Counted from the first letter of the whole stretch, positions 38,210 through 52,248 are shown. The stretch: 63,433 bases of DNA, filler included, from Octopus bimaculoides (GCF_001194135.2; 8 parts of 8 records of this genome joined end to end with filler, not necessarily neighbours in it), one strand, 5' to 3'. Translations and numbers: made by a program. Notes: a model not told the origin generated them from the sequence alone.

Positions 38210-38860
38210 NNNNNNNNNNNNNNNNNNNNNNNNNNNNNNNNNNNNNNNNNNNNNNNNNNNNNNNNNNNNNNNNNNNNNNNNNNNNNNNNNNNNNNNNNNN
38301 NNNNNNNNNNNNNNNNNNNNNNNNNNNNNNNNNNNNNNNNNNNNNNNNNNNNNNNNNNNNNNNNNNNNNNNNNNNNNNNNNNNNNNNNNNNNNNNNNNNN
38401 NNNNNNNNNNNNNNNNNNNNNNNNNNNNNNNNNNNNNNNNNNNNNNNNNNNNNNNNNNNNNNNNNNNNNNNNNNNNNNNNNNNNNNNNNNNNNNNNNNNN
38501 NNNNNNNNNNNNNNNNNNNNNNNNNNNNNNNNNNNNNNNNNNNNNNNNNNNNNNNNNNNNNNNNNNNNNNNNNNNNNNNNNNNNNNNNNNNNNNNNNNNN
38601 NNNNNNNNNNNNNNNNNNNNNNNNNNNNNNNNNNNNNNNNNNNNNNNNNNNNNNNNNNNNNNNNNNNNNNNNNNNNNNNNNNNNNNNNNNNNNNNNNNNN
38701 NNNNNNNNNNNNNNNNNNNNNNNNNNNNNNNNNNNNNNNNNNNNNNNNNNNNNNNNNNNNNNNNNNNNNNNNNNNNNNNNNNNNNNNNNNNNNNNNNNNN
38801 NNNNNNNNNNNNNNNNNNNNNNNNNNNNNNNNNNNNNNNNNNNNNNNNNNNNNNNNNNNN

Positions 38861-38901
<41 letters not shown>

Positions 38902-39246
38902 CATCCACCATCCACACATACACACACATATAAATAAATATATGTTCCGTCCCACCAAATTTCACTCAACCCACTGATCTGTAGTAGAAAACATTTGCCC
39001 AATATAGGGTTTGAATCCGGAAGTAAACGGTTGCAAAACGAGCTACATATTCACATAGGCAAACCAGCGTGATAAGCAAAACGTTAAAAAATACATATGC
39101 AAATCAAGGCATACTCCCCGATGCACTCAACCATATTCATACTTGTATATGTGCATACTCCATATTAATACATCCTTCTCAATAAAAAAAAGAGAATATT
39201 TGAAGATTGACATTGATATATATAGATTTTCGTTATATTTTGTTGC

Positions 39247-39290
<44 letters not shown>

Positions 39291-39291
39291 G

Positions 39292-39333
<42 letters not shown>
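39247..39333. repeat. (ATCT)n microsatellite
   Basis: Read directly. Confidence 0.95.
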
Positions 39334-39790
39334 ATACATACATATATACATACATACATACATACATACACACACATATATATATGGGTGTGCGTGTGGT
39401 GTGTGTATATAACTCACATACGTACACACAAACGCACACGTACACAAGATACATACGCATGGATAATATATATANNNNNNNNNNNNNNNNNNNNNNNNNN
39501 NNNNNNNNNNNNNNNNNNNNNNNNNNNNNNNNNNNNNNNNNNNNNNNNNNNNNNNNNNNNNNNNNNNNNNNNNNNNNNNNNNNNNNNNNNNNNNNNNNNN
39601 NNNNNNNNNNNNNNNNNNNNNNNNNNNNNNNNNNNNNNNNNNNNNNNNNNNNNNNNNNNNNNNNNNNNNNNNNNNNNNNNNNNNNNNNNNNNNNNNNNNN
39701 NNNNNNNNNNNNNNNNNNNNNNNNNNNNNNNNNNNNNNNNNNNNNNNNNNNNNNNNNNNNNNNNNNNNNNNNNNNNNNNNNNNNNNNNNN

Positions 39791-39834
<44 letters not shown>

Positions 39835-41302
39835 TATATATACGAGTGTGAGTATGTGCGTTGACGTGCTTTACAACTTTCATCACAGCCATGTAGTAAC
39901 CAACCAACTGCTAGCTATCCCATGATGCATCCTGATCCTGGTATTCGCTATATGCTCTTAGTGAAACAGAAGGAGGTGCAACGAGTAACTGAAAGAAACA
40001 GAGAAATTGAGAAGAAGGGTGTAAGAAAGAGGATGAGTGGGAGTTAGGTTTTCAAAAAGCATTAAGGGTTGAAATAGAGACAGAGAGAGAGACAGAGAAA
40101 AGTGTTAGTAAAGGGTAAAAGTGATAGAACTATAGCGAGAGAATAATGCTCTGAGAGCGAGAGAGAAAGAAAGAGAGAGAAAGAAAGAGAAAGAGATAGG
40201 GAGAGCGAAGGAGAAAGTGAGAGGGAGGGAGAGAGATAAAGTAGATATAAAGAGAGAGAGTGAGTGAGAGAAAGTAGAAATAAAGACAGAGTGAGTGAGT
40301 GAGCGAGCGAGCGAGAGAGAGAGAGAGAGAGAGAGACAAAGAGAGTGTAAGAGAAAGAGAGAAGGGTTCGATGATTACTAGAATAAATTGTATGCTAGCT
40401 TGAAAGGTAGATAGAATGGTAAAGACTGAATTAATGAAAGGTAGGGAGAAGAAGACATAAGGAGGGACGGAAGGAAAGAAAACCACAGAGAGAAAAGGAA
40501 GGTCAAATGTCTTAAGATTGAATGTGAACACGTGAAAGTTAGGCTGATGAGAAGAGGAGAAAGGGGAAAACATGGAGGCTGGTAATTTACAGAAGCCGGC
40601 ATTCATTTTAAAGTGCAAGTGGGAGTATACTGTAGTACAGTGGTGAGAGGATGTAAGGGAGTTGCAGCAAGCTGATTGGTCAGTCAGTGTATTGTCTGAT
40701 TGCCATCTATTGGACGGCGGCAGAACTAACGGCTTTTGATGGCTTCGTTATCATGTATGTGACGGTGATGGTGTTACTAGTGATGTTAAATGGTAGTGGA
40801 AGTAGTAGTCATAATCAGAATAGTGTGGTTGTTCTTGTTGCTGTTGGTGGTGGTGGTGGTGGTGGTGATGATACTAAAAGCAGTGATAGTGGAAGGTAGT
40901 GATGGTTTTGATGTTGGTGGTGCTTGAGGTGGAAGTATTGATGGCGCTAGTGTTGATAGAAATGTGCTGTTGGTGGCGAAAGTGATGGCTTTAGTGGTGT
41001 TTCGGTAGTAGTATAGATAGTATTGTAGTAATATCACAGGAGATCGTGTAGGCTATTGTAATAATTTTAGTAATTGTGGTTACAGTAGCGGCGTTATTTT
41101 TGTTGTTGTAGTGGTGTGTGTATTGGTTGTAGTGCTAATGTTTCGCAGTAATGGTTAGTGGTACTGGTATAGGTAATAGCGCTTTTGCTGTTAGAAATGA
41201 CAGTACTGGTAGCAGTCATGATGTAAGTAGTAGTAATAGTAGTTCAGCTATAGGTTTGTACTACAGGCAGAGGTAGTGATATTAATATTACAGCAGTGTA
41301 AA

Positions 41303-41680
41303 AGGCGGTGGCAGAATCGTTAGCACGGCATTTCGTCAATCTTTATGTTCTGAGTTCAAATTCCGCTGAGGTCGACTTTGCATTTCAATCTTTCGGGGGC
41401 GACAAAATAAGTACCAGTTGAACAGTGGAGTCGATGTAATCGACTGGGCCCTTCTTTCGGCCTTGTGCCAAAATTTGAAATGAAAAGTGGTGAGCTGGCA
41501 CATCGGATAAATTGCTTTGCGGTATTTTTACGTCCTGAGCTCAAATTACGCCGAGGACGACTTTGCTTTTCATCCTTTCGAGGTAGATAAAATAAGTACC
41601 AGTTAACCATTGGGACCGATGTGATCGACTTGCCCACTCCTCCAAAATTTCCGGCCTTGTGCCAAAATTTGAAACCAATA
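41303..41680 (+). mobile_element. Two head-to-tail copies of the second tRNA-SINE family
   Basis: Copies at about 41303-41480 and 41485-41680, each ending ggccttgtgccaaaatttgaaa. Confidence 0.8.
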
Positions 41681-42259
41681 TTGTAATAGTGTCGTTATAA
41701 GTGATGGTCATGTTAGGGTTGTCAGTACTGGTTAATAGTACAGGTGTTGTTAGTAGTGGTTAATGGTGTTAGCTTTATTATAGTTCGTAGCACTGCCATT
41801 TGTGGTAGTGTCAGGGTTGTTGTAGTGGTGTGTGGTGTTGGAGTCGTTAGAAGTGGTGGTCCTGGTGGGAGTGGTAATGTTAGTGGTATTGGTTTGATAG
41901 TGGTGATGATGTTGGTGTTGGTAGCGGCAATGTTAGTAACGCTATTCGTAGTAACAGTCGTATTGATTATAAACAATGGTATTGCTAACAGTCGCTGTTT
42001 AGCCCCAGGTCAGACTCGATCCAGCAGGACTATAATCAAAAGTATTCCAACAATGACTATCCAGTTTTTTCCCTACACGCAAGAAAACAAAAGGCTAACA
42101 TTAATCGGCGTGCCCTATCGTTTTCTTTTGTTTTGTAGGTGGTAGGGTATGATATTAGAGAGATTTAGCTGCACTTTCTAGCAGATAGTACGACCAGGTA
42201 GAGGCTTGTAACAACTGTAGAAATTAGAGGTGTTGGCGGCGGCGGTGTTAATAGTTGTG

Positions 42260-42301
<42 letters not shown>

Positions 42302-42658
42302 TCTGCAGTAGTAGTAGTAGTGGCAACAGCAGCAGTAGCAGCAGCAGCAGTAGCAGCAGCAGCATGGGAAAAATATGAAATATGTAAGAGACACTTTAAG
42401 ACAAAAAATGAAATTGTTGGCAATTTCTATATATATATATTTTATATATATATAAATTGGTCTGTTTTGTGTTTCCTAAACCAGAGTTGTGTATAGGGGA
42501 AAGGAGCAGAATTATGGCTACATATATANNNNNNNNNNNNNNNNNNNNNNNNNNNNNNNNNNNNNNNNNNNNTTAATTAATTAANNNNNNNNNNNNNNNN
42601 NNNNNNNNNNNNNNNNNNNNNNNNNNNNATATATATATATATATATATATATATACAT

Positions 42659-42850
42659 TCGTGCGGGTGACACGTAAAAGCACCCACTACACTCTCTGAG
42701 TGGTTGGCGTTAGGAAGGGCATCCAGCTGTAGAAACTCTGCCAAATCAGATTGGAGCCTGGTGTAGCCATCTGGTTTCACCAGTCCTCAGTCAAATCGTC
42801 CAACCCATGCTAGCATGGAAAGAGGACGTTAAACGATGATGATGATGATG
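42659..42850 (+). mobile_element. RTE-tail-type SINE / LINE 3' end
   Basis: Near-identical to 1730-1929. Confidence 0.8.
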
Positions 42851-43659
42851 ATATACACACACGTCAAACACTTGCTAACTAGGTGGTTTCTGATGTAATA
42901 GCAAAACCTACTAAAAATAACAGCTAAATCTTCAAATCATTCCCTTCCGGGGTTTTTTTCTTTCAAAGATGGGACGAGCTCGTTAAACAATGTGGTAGTC
43001 CTAGATATATGTAAAAGGTGGGATGATCACGGATGGAATCCTCTTAATACTATGTCTACTGGATCAGGATTGGCCTGGGGCTAAACAAGTCTCTCTCATA
43101 CGCACACATACACATATACACACACATGCAGAATAAAGTTACGCATTACATATTCATACATATTCATCCGCATATATACATTTATATACATATACATACA
43201 CACCCATATATATATATACACACACACATATATACATACGTATAGACAGTTAGACGAACATTTACACACACACACACACACATATAGACGTATGCATACA
43301 TAACATACATACACATGAATATATACATTGATGTACACTATACCTTACAACGCATACCTAAGTCGCACATATATCATACATACGCACATTCATCACATAC
43401 ATACATACATACACACACACATACACACACTTACACGCACGCACGCACATACACACATACATACATACGCCAGCACGCGCCTTTAAACACCAACATATCA
43501 CACGCACAGAAGCAAGCAGACAATTACAGTATCAGCTTTCATAACAATATTAACTATTACCGCCTCCACCACCACCACCACCAGCACCTCTATCGCCTCC
43601 ACCGCCGCCACCATCATTTTATTCTTCAGCTCCATCGCCGCCACCGTCATCGCTAACCA

Positions 43660-45800
43660 GCGTCTCCACCGCCACCACCATCATCACTAGCACGCTTGCC
43701 ATCACTTGAACGTTGAGATTACTACTACTACTACTCCCACCCCTACTGTGTTGCGTCTGCACCTTTCACACAACTACTACCACCGCCACCACCACCACAA
43801 CCACCACCACGAGCAGCACTTCTGTAGCTATTAAAACGTGAGTCTGCACCTTCGCCATTAAAGCAAACTCTCACCGCTACCTCAACCAATCGTCATTCCT
43901 ACCACTACCGCCACTTTCATCAAACAAGGTTACAACCACTACCACTACTACTATTTCTACTATTACTATGACTTCCATCGTTGCTACTACTATGACTTTC
44001 ATCGTTGCTACTATAGCTACTACTACCGCCGCCGCCGTTGCTATTAAAGCGTGCGGCCGCTCCTTTGCTACAGTGACCTACTCCTCCTACTACTACTACT
44101 GTAGCTGCAACCGCCGTCACCACTGCCACCACCGCTATTCGTGTAAGTGTGTCACTATGATTATGAGGGTGGAGATGGGGAAGTGACCGCTCCTGCCCTG
44201 CATGGATCTACTCCTACTGCCACTACCACAATTGCTGCACCCACCACTACCACCTTCTCTGTTATTGCTGTAACTGTCTTTCTCTCTCTATGAAATCGGT
44301 GGTGGTGGTGGTGATGGGGAATTGACCACTCCTGCGGTGCATAAATCTACTCCTACTACCACCATCACTACAAGTATTGCAACCACTATTATGGTTGTAA
44401 CTCTCTCTATCACTCTCTCCGTCTGTATTTCTCTATCTTTCTATCTAGCTCTTTCTCTCTCTCTTTCTCTCTATCTATGAATATTATTAAGGTGGAGACG
44501 GAGAAGAGGTGACCACACCTTTCGTACATAGACCTACTCCCACTGCTACTACTCCTATCACGGTAACTGTGTCTTCTATCGTGTATATGGCGGCGAAGGA
44601 AAGGTTACTGCACCTTCGCTACAGTGACCTACTCCTACTACTACTACCACTCTATTACTGCAGTCATCATCATCATTATCACCAATGTAACTATTTCTCG
44701 ATACTTCACCTTCACTACAGAAACCTCCTCCCACTGCCACCACTATTACTGCAGCCATCACCACCACTACGACGACTGTATCTATTTCTATGGAAGTGTG
44801 TCTGTGTGTTCGGATTAGTGTGTGCGCGCGCGTGTGTCTATGTGAATATGTATCTACGTAGCAGTGGCGGTGGTGGTGACGGTAGCAAAGCTGGTAGGAG
44901 TTGGCCTCGGAACGAGGGCTTTAAGAAACTGTCTTCGCAATCGTACGATCCTAGGTTCGATCCCGCTGGCAGGGCATTTTGAACGTGTGTTTTTATTTAT
45001 TGTATTTTTTGGGGGGCTGATTAAAAGATTTCTAAATGAAACTGGTTAGTCAAAGATTACGCGGGAACCCGTAGATGGATATTGTACCCGTAATTCAAAG
45101 ATCCGTTTTCGTCTCACACTGATTCCATCAGAACTACATTACGAGGGTAATTAATACCTGTATTTCAAAGAGCTGACCTTGACACATTTTATCACGCAGA
45201 TTCTACCGGAGAATAACGTTAAGGGTACACGTGTAAAAGGTGTACTTAGCCCTTTACTCGCTAATTTGATGAGCAGGTAGTTTAGTAGATCGAACAGCTG
45301 AACGCTCGTCGTCGATCACCGACGAAGGCCCATTTACTTTATGTGTGTGGTGTGTGTGTGTCTGCTACCATTATTACTGCTCCTACTCCTACCGCTACCA
45401 CGATTACTGCAGCCACCACCACTTCGCTGCAGACTCCTACTGCCACCACTACTCCTTCGTAAGTCTGCAACTACCACAATCGTCACCCTCCCCACCACCT
45501 GTAAAACTGTGTGCGTGGCCGCCCCTTCGCTGAAGAAACCCTACTGCCTCCGTTATCCCTGTTACTGCAACCACCACAAATAAAACCACCACTGTGACCG
45601 CACCTTCGCTAATGAGATCTACTGCCCCTGCTACTGTAACTATGTATGAACGAGTGCGCCTCCGTTAGAAATAACATACTGATACCACTCCCCATAGCAA
45701 TGCCCTCACCACCGCTAATACCAGTATTGTAACCATCACTGTGTTAGCACCTTCCGTTAAGAAGACTACTGCTACTACCACCATCACAGTAACACGCTCC
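43660..45800 (+). repeat. Degenerate satellite with core GTGACCGCACCTTCGCT..ACCTACTCCTACT embedded in (ACT/ACC)n
   Basis: The core recurs about ten times at irregular spacing, e.g. near 43755, 43845, 44055, 44185, 44325, 44510, 44605, 45515, 45595 and 45745. Confidence 0.6.
45140..45330 (-). mobile_element. Diverged third-family tRNA-SINE fragment
   Basis: Contains aacgttaagggtacacgtgt and gagcagg, shared with 54182-54564. Confidence 0.6.
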
Positions 45801-46032
45801 GAGTATGTGTGTATGTGTGCGCGCGCGTGTGTGGTTCTCCATGTATATCCGCATTTTCCGTTAGAGAGATCGTCTGCCACTACTAATATTGTTACTACCA
45901 CCGCTACTGTAACTAGAGCCACCACTACGACGACAACTACTGCTGATTCTACGAATGCTGCTGCCGCCACTTTTTAAGTGTTAACACGAAGTCGGCCTTA
46001 TAGTGGTCACTAACGGTGCTATACCACGTCTG

Positions 46033-46228
46033 TACGAGGGGTGGGGGGCGCTGAAAGGTTCCTGGCTTTAAGGATACTGCGAAAGGCCTGGTTGGAGGCC
46101 CAACCTTCCGAGTTCTTTTACAGGGCTTAGAAAAACTGAAGGACCACTGCAATAAGTGTGTGAATCTGAGAGAGGAAACTGTTGAATAAAATCATAATTA
46201 ACTGAACCTGCTCCTATTTTCTCTTTTA
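46033..46228 (+). mobile_element. Mariner-derived MITE (one TIR plus transposase C-terminus)
   Basis: Starts tacgagggg..gctgaaaggttcctggc and encodes GLEKLKDHCNKCVNLR..TVE*, the typical mariner C-terminal end. The right TIR is not seen. Confidence 0.7.
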
Positions 46229-46471
46229 GGCGATCTTACGATACGAGTCCTAACTATCGGCCTTTTCCGTAAAAAGTGTTGAAGAGAAACGAGGAAACGA
46301 CGTCGCAAAAGCGAAAGAGATACAGAGAGCGCGATTTCTTTTGAAGGGTTTAGAGTTAGGCTTAGGGTTTTNNNNNNNNNNNNNNNNNNNNNNNNNNNNN
46401 NNNNNNNNNNNNNNNTTAATTAATTAANNNNNNNNNNNNNNNNNNNNNNNNNNNNNNNNNNNNNNNNNNNN

Positions 46472-46511
<40 letters not shown>

Positions 46512-48861
46512 ACACTACAGCTGCGGCAATTCTGACTAAACTTGAAACCATTGTTATTGTTGTTGTTGTTGTTGTAATGTAACCTATTTTGATCAAATAT
46601 TGTGAAAATTTGTAGGTTGCAACTCCAACTAATAATACCGCAGAGAGTAAAGATGCTCAAAAAGGGAACAATTGATAAAAGTATCAATAATGTTAAATAA
46701 AACATTAAATATTATGAAAGACGTGAATAAAGAATAAAAAATCTAAAATGGCCAGAGGACAGAAAGGAAAAATAATGCAGGAAATACTCAAGGGTAAATG
46801 AGTATTGTGAAGGGAGGGAGTAAGAGTGAGATGTTAAAAGGAATGGTTCGATTGATAAGTGATAAGAGAAGCTATGGTTTTGAATGCAAGGGTTGCGGCA
46901 GATTTGTGTCAGGCATCAAAGTGTATGGAAGTTATATAGAAAGGAAATAAAGAGAAGAATATAGAAGGACAAAAAATAATAATGCGTGGAAAAAATAGTT
47001 GGAGAACAAGAATGATAACAACAAGATGAAAGACGATAAAAAAAAATAAAAATAAAGAGATAACATAAGATCAGGGAATAAAATCAAAACTTTTGTGAGG
47101 GAATGTATGAAGTAGGAATAGAAATTCTAATTGTCGAAATAATCTGTAGCCAAATGATGTGGCTTGTTTGTAAAGTGGAGTGGATGGTTTGTCGTCTATG
47201 AACTGTAGATGTACCGAAGACTGTATTTCAAGGAAAGAGGAGGTAGAGATAAAACATGTGGGGAAAGAACTGTCGGTCGTTTCAATAGATGAAAGCGAGG
47301 AGCTTTAGGTTCAATGCTAACAAACCATTAAAAAAAATTATAGTTGAGTATGAATAAAACAAAAAAGATAAAATAATAATTTGGTAAAAATTGTGCAAAA
47401 ATAATTATAGAAATCATAAATAATGATAATAGTGACATTTAAATGAAGAGAACTATGATTATAGAGTGATGTTAGGATCAGGATGTGGGGAAACGCCTTG
47501 CAAATTTTGATACATGATACATAGTGAAACGTATTTCGAAGGAATATACTATTAAAGTTAGAGTATGGATTTGAAGTCTGCATGATATTAAAAGTGCTTA
47601 TGGAAGCAGAAATATTATTCAAAGGAGAAAGTCCTTGGCTTGTAATATTTTGAAAATTTGCGCGAAACATATTTCTTGCCATCCTACAACCAGCATAAGG
47701 TTAGAGTTTAGTCTTTCGCCATTCTTAAACTATATCGTATACTTTTCTTTCGAGGTATCAAATATCGGAGGCGTTAGAGTTTTCTTTCCTTCTAGAGATG
47801 CGGGAGAAATCTGTGGGCTGGTTGTGTTTCGTCTACAACTGGTGGACATTGGATCTGATGTAAAACTTGATGGACTACGCTGTTAGTAATTGTCTGTGGG
47901 AATTAATGTCTTTATCCAACTTGGTTGCAGTTAAGAAGGAGGTATGATAGTAATTATAGAGTTACAGTTCCTATTAATTACAGGTGGGATGGAAGATCTC
48001 TTATGGTCAGAGAATTTGGATAATATCATAGTTTATTCAAGATTGTGGTCCGTATATATCAAGTTTTTGTTTCAGTTACATTCTTTTAAACAAATATCTT
48101 TAATTCCGTGTCTTCCTTAAAATTATAGATATTAAGATGGTCTCACAGCTTCTAAAATTTTGTTCCCTCTCAATTTATGTTATTTCTTTTTTTTACATTT
48201 CAGCAACATCACCATAACTAGCACTCTCTTCTTCACTCTTTCTCTTCCATCCTCCTCCTCTTTCTCATCTCCCCTCTCAATTCACCTTTCACCTTCTCCT
48301 CCTTCTTCAGTTGTTTCTATTTTTTTCTCTCCTTCAGCTATTCACTTTCTTTTACATTTCTTCGTCTTATAGTTCACACTCACTTTCTTCGCCCACCTTC
48401 CTTTTATATACTTTCTATTACATTTCTTATTTCCCTATTCATTAAATAACAAATTCCAGGTATATTCTTGTGACATATCTCTTCCAGACAAATCCATGAC
48501 ATCTATTAACATTTTAACCTTTCAGCCATTCACATTTTCTCCGCCCTTTCTTTCTCGATCCGTCCACACGGCATATAAAGGTTTTCGATTATTTTTCAAA
48601 TATATTTTGTATGAATGGTTTCTACCCACAATAGTTTCTTCAGCATCTACATTACAGCTACTATTTCATTCTCTTTATTTCATTTGCATCATTTTTGTAT
48701 CAGAGCATTGTTGTGGTGGTATTTATTGTTATTAGATCCTACGCTGGCTTAACATTGTGTACATGGCACAGAAAAATCTAAACAAAATCCAATATGCTAC
48801 AAGCATGTGACCAGGCCTGAAGAACAGACATTCATGCACGCACGCACGAATACATAAAAAT

Positions 48862-48892
<31 letters not shown>

Positions 48893-49077
48893 NNNNNNNN
48901 NNNNNNNNNNNNNNNNNNNNNNNNNNNNNNNNNNNNNNNNNNNNNNNNNNNNNNNNNNNNNNNNNNNNNNNNNNNNNNNNNNNNNNNNNNNNNNNNNNNN
49001 NNNNNNNNNNNNNNNNNNNNNNNNNNNNNNNNNNNNNNNNNNNNNNNNNNNNNNNNNNNNNNNNNNNNNNNNNNNNN

Positions 49078-49108
<31 letters not shown>

Positions 49109-50613
49109 TATATGGATGGATGGATATATATACATACATACATGCATATATATACATACTTATATAAGCTTGTGTGAGTGTGTGTCTGTTTGTGTGCATG
49201 TGTCCGTGAGCGTGTGTGTGTGTGTGTGTGTGTTTGTGTGAGTATGTGTGTATGTGTATAAATCAAAGTTTTGGGATTCCTTAGAGTATAACAAACATAC
49301 TGACACTGATAACCATAGAAACCGTATACCTCGTAGTTATAGGATTTATACAGTGTGGTATAATCCTCACTGGCGATATGCGTACTATATTTTTTTTAGA
49401 TTTTGTCTCTTTCGTATGCTCAAATGATTGTTTGCATAATTGTATAGTTTTTAAACGCCTGAATAAATCTTTAGTTGGAGAATGTTTCTCATTTTCATAA
49501 TTCAAGGAACGAATGCGCCACTACGTTACCATCTTCTTCTACCTGCGTATTTACTTAGCTACAAAACACGCCTAAATTAACACATTCGGATGATTCGTTA
49601 TATAATAGAATAAGAAATAGAAAATCGTTGGTACAGTATTGTATATTTGAAAAAAAAAAATGAAAAATGTCTTTGCTGCTAATTTTTCCACTTTAATAAT
49701 AGATGTTTATACAATACTATGTATGTAAATAGACACAAAATTATTTCACATGATAGATGATAATATCGAGAACAATAGATGCTATGTATCTTCTAAATGT
49801 GTTATACCTCTTAACAAATATATTTCATTCTTCGCTACACACCTCGAGCTAATATTTGGAATTTTACTTCTCCGACAAGGCCTTATTTAATCTTACATTT
49901 ATTTATGCCTTGCCTGAATATTTGTGCGATATTTTTCCATACACCTCAGTCTCTCAGTCATTGTCTGAAGATTCCGTTTATTTTGTAGTGTTTTCGTTAA
50001 ACAAACATGTGTAATTGTTCTCCATTTACTGGAAGATTCTACGTATTCACATCAGCTAGTCAGCCAGTAATAGATAATTACCAGACAAATAGGTTTGGTA
50101 GCATTTCAATCACTTTTATCTATATTAGGATATGTTGTTTAATCTATTACAGAACCGCAATGATTGATAAGAGAGAACATCAACGCCCTCTCGTTTTCCG
50201 CTTGATTGATCAGCAGCGAAGAATTTAAAATGAAGGATTGCATTGTTTCGTGAATGAGTAGATGAGCTGTCCACCTTGAATAATAAAGTCTGTAATTTAT
50301 TTAATTCTCTTCTGATATATTTAGAGTAACATAGACAAATTATTGCATCCGACGTGACCGAGTTCTTGCCACCCAAATAATATAGTTATATAGCTATGTG
50401 CACACAAAAAGCTATTTACTGATTTCATTCACTTAATGGTCAGGATAAGTACCTTTACAAAGGCACTCAGATGCATATNNNNNNNNNNNNNNNNNNNNNN
50501 NNNNNNNNNNNNNNNNNNNNNNTTAATTAATTAANNNNNNNNNNNNNNNNNNNNNNNNNNNNNNNNNNNNNNNNNNNNATATATATATATATATATACAT
50601 ACATACATATATA

Positions 50614-50776
50614 CAACGGGCTTCTTTCAGTTTCTGTCTACCAAATCCACTCACAAGGCTTTGGTCGGCCTGAGGCTATAGTAGAAGACACTTGCCCAAG
50701 GTGTCACACAGTGGGACTGAACCCCGGACCATGTGGTTGGTAAGCATGCTACTTGCCACACAGCCACTCCTGCGCC
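50614..50776 (-). mobile_element. CORE-like SINE, 5' half
   Basis: Reverse complement of 51456-51620. Confidence 0.85.
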
Positions 50777-50799
50777 ATAGGCCAGATCTGGCCAGTTTG

Positions 50800-51150
50800 A
50801 ACACAAGACAAGTAGGGTACTTGGGCTGGACATGGCCAGTTTAATGCTTAACCATCATTACACTTTCTGGCTGGATTCCCTAAGGAGACCAACTGAGATT
50901 ATGGATTTTACTCAACCATCTCATTCTTGATCTTCTGCCTGTTGGCTTGGCTTGAAGAACTATCTTGTGGTTTTTTTCCTGTGATATTTTAATTGTATGT
51001 CTGTAGTATAGTCGCTGTGTTTCTTTCAATGCAGGGAAGTAGTTGCTTGACTTGTAGAGAGACTCCCTGATCTCCAAGCTATTCACCCTATCAAGTAACA
51101 TCACTCCAGAGATCTTCCAGAGGAACTTCATTTTGGCTACTTGCATTCAT
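50800..51150 (-). pseudogene. RTE-clade LINE ORF2 C-terminal remnant
   Basis: QVAKMKFLWKISGVMLLDRVNSLEIRESL..QRLYYRHTIKISQEK..VLQAKPTGRR..RWLSKIHNLSWS matches the RTE C-terminal pattern. Confidence 0.75.
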
Positions 51151-51455
51151 GAATAAGACCACCAAAAGCTGCAAATTACCATGTTTAATGGAATTAAGAT
51201 GATGTGAAACTTGGCAAAGAATGAACCTTGATCCACCAACTGCATTTTTAAGTGTTGCTCCTTTACATCAAAATTCTAACCTAGTCGTAGACAACCTGCC
51301 TTCCATGGTATTTCTGAATAGCATGTCATGAAAAATTACCTTCAGTTATTTTAGTAGTGTGGTCTACCTGACGACGAGCCATAATCTCATGCAGCATGCT
51401 TCTCATAAAAGGTGGCCCATGCCTGTTCTAAGCCATCAGATGAAATATTTTCAAA

Positions 51456-51621
51456 AGACGCAGGAGTGGCTGTGTGGTAAGTAGCTTGCTTACCAACCAC
51501 ATGGTTCCGGGTTCATTCCCACTGCGTGGCACCTTGGGCAAGTGTCTTCTACTATAGCCTCAGGCCGACCAAAGCCTTGTGAGTGGATTTGGTAGACGGA
51601 AACTGAAAGAAGCCTGTCGTA

Positions 51622-51666
<45 letters not shown>

Positions 51667-51876
51667 TTGTGTGTCTGTGTTTGTCCCCCCCAACATCGCT
51701 TGATAACCGATGCTGTTGTGTTTATGTCCCCGTAACTTAGCGGTTCGGCAATAGAGACCGATAGAATAGGTACTAGGCATCTAAAGAATAAGTCCTAGGG
51801 TCAATTTGCTTGACTAAAGGCGGTGCTCCAGCATGGCCGCAGTCAAATGACTGAAACAAGTAAAAGAGTAAAAGAG
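51456..51876 (+). mobile_element. CORE-like SINE, full length
   Basis: Same architecture as 966-1398. Confidence 0.9.
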
Positions 51877-52154
51877 TATCTTCTCAGTTGTTGTCACAGA
51901 TTTGAAAATTTCTAAATTATGTGAAAATTCTCAAATTTGGTATATTCAAATGATTTTCCACACTGAATCTGAGTTCACGACTCACTTATTTCCAGAAAAA
52001 TTTAAGGAAATGTTACAGCGGTTCAAAGTTTGATCATTTTTAGTCCAAGAATCATAAGCCACACATTTTCTGTGTTGTAGTCTGTCTGTCTGTCATAAAG
52101 TGATAACAACAGGCACAAAATGATATTACTCATCAAATCTTATGCTAAATACAG

Positions 52155-52248
52155 TATCCTTGTTACCATGGAAACAGGGCAGGCTACAGCTTTGCTTGTT
52201 ATTATGAAAACAGATATCAATGTGAGATTTATGGTCATGTGTGTAATG
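52155..52248 (+). CDS. Candidate Cys-rich exon of an unidentified gene (YPCYHGNRAGYSFACYYENRYQCEIYGHVCN)
   Basis: Acceptor aaatacag| has a weak pyrimidine tract; donor ATG|GTGAGT is strong. Open frame with C..FxC..C-x6-C-N spacing reminiscent of LDLa repeats. Confidence 0.4.
52162..52175. promoter_or_regulatory. RFX X-box consensus GTTACCATGGAAAC
   Basis: Exact match to the palindromic X-box pattern. It may be coincidental with the codons for C-Y-H-G-N. Confidence 0.3.

Noticed and set aside
46340-46371. agggtttagagttaggcttagggttt as a telomeric repeat
   Set aside because: Only a few imperfect TTAGGG-like units at a contig end, too short to support a call.
47100-48100. Possible further retroelement remnant on the minus strand (LQFIDD-like)
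   Set aside because: One weak motif and no supporting collinear motifs.
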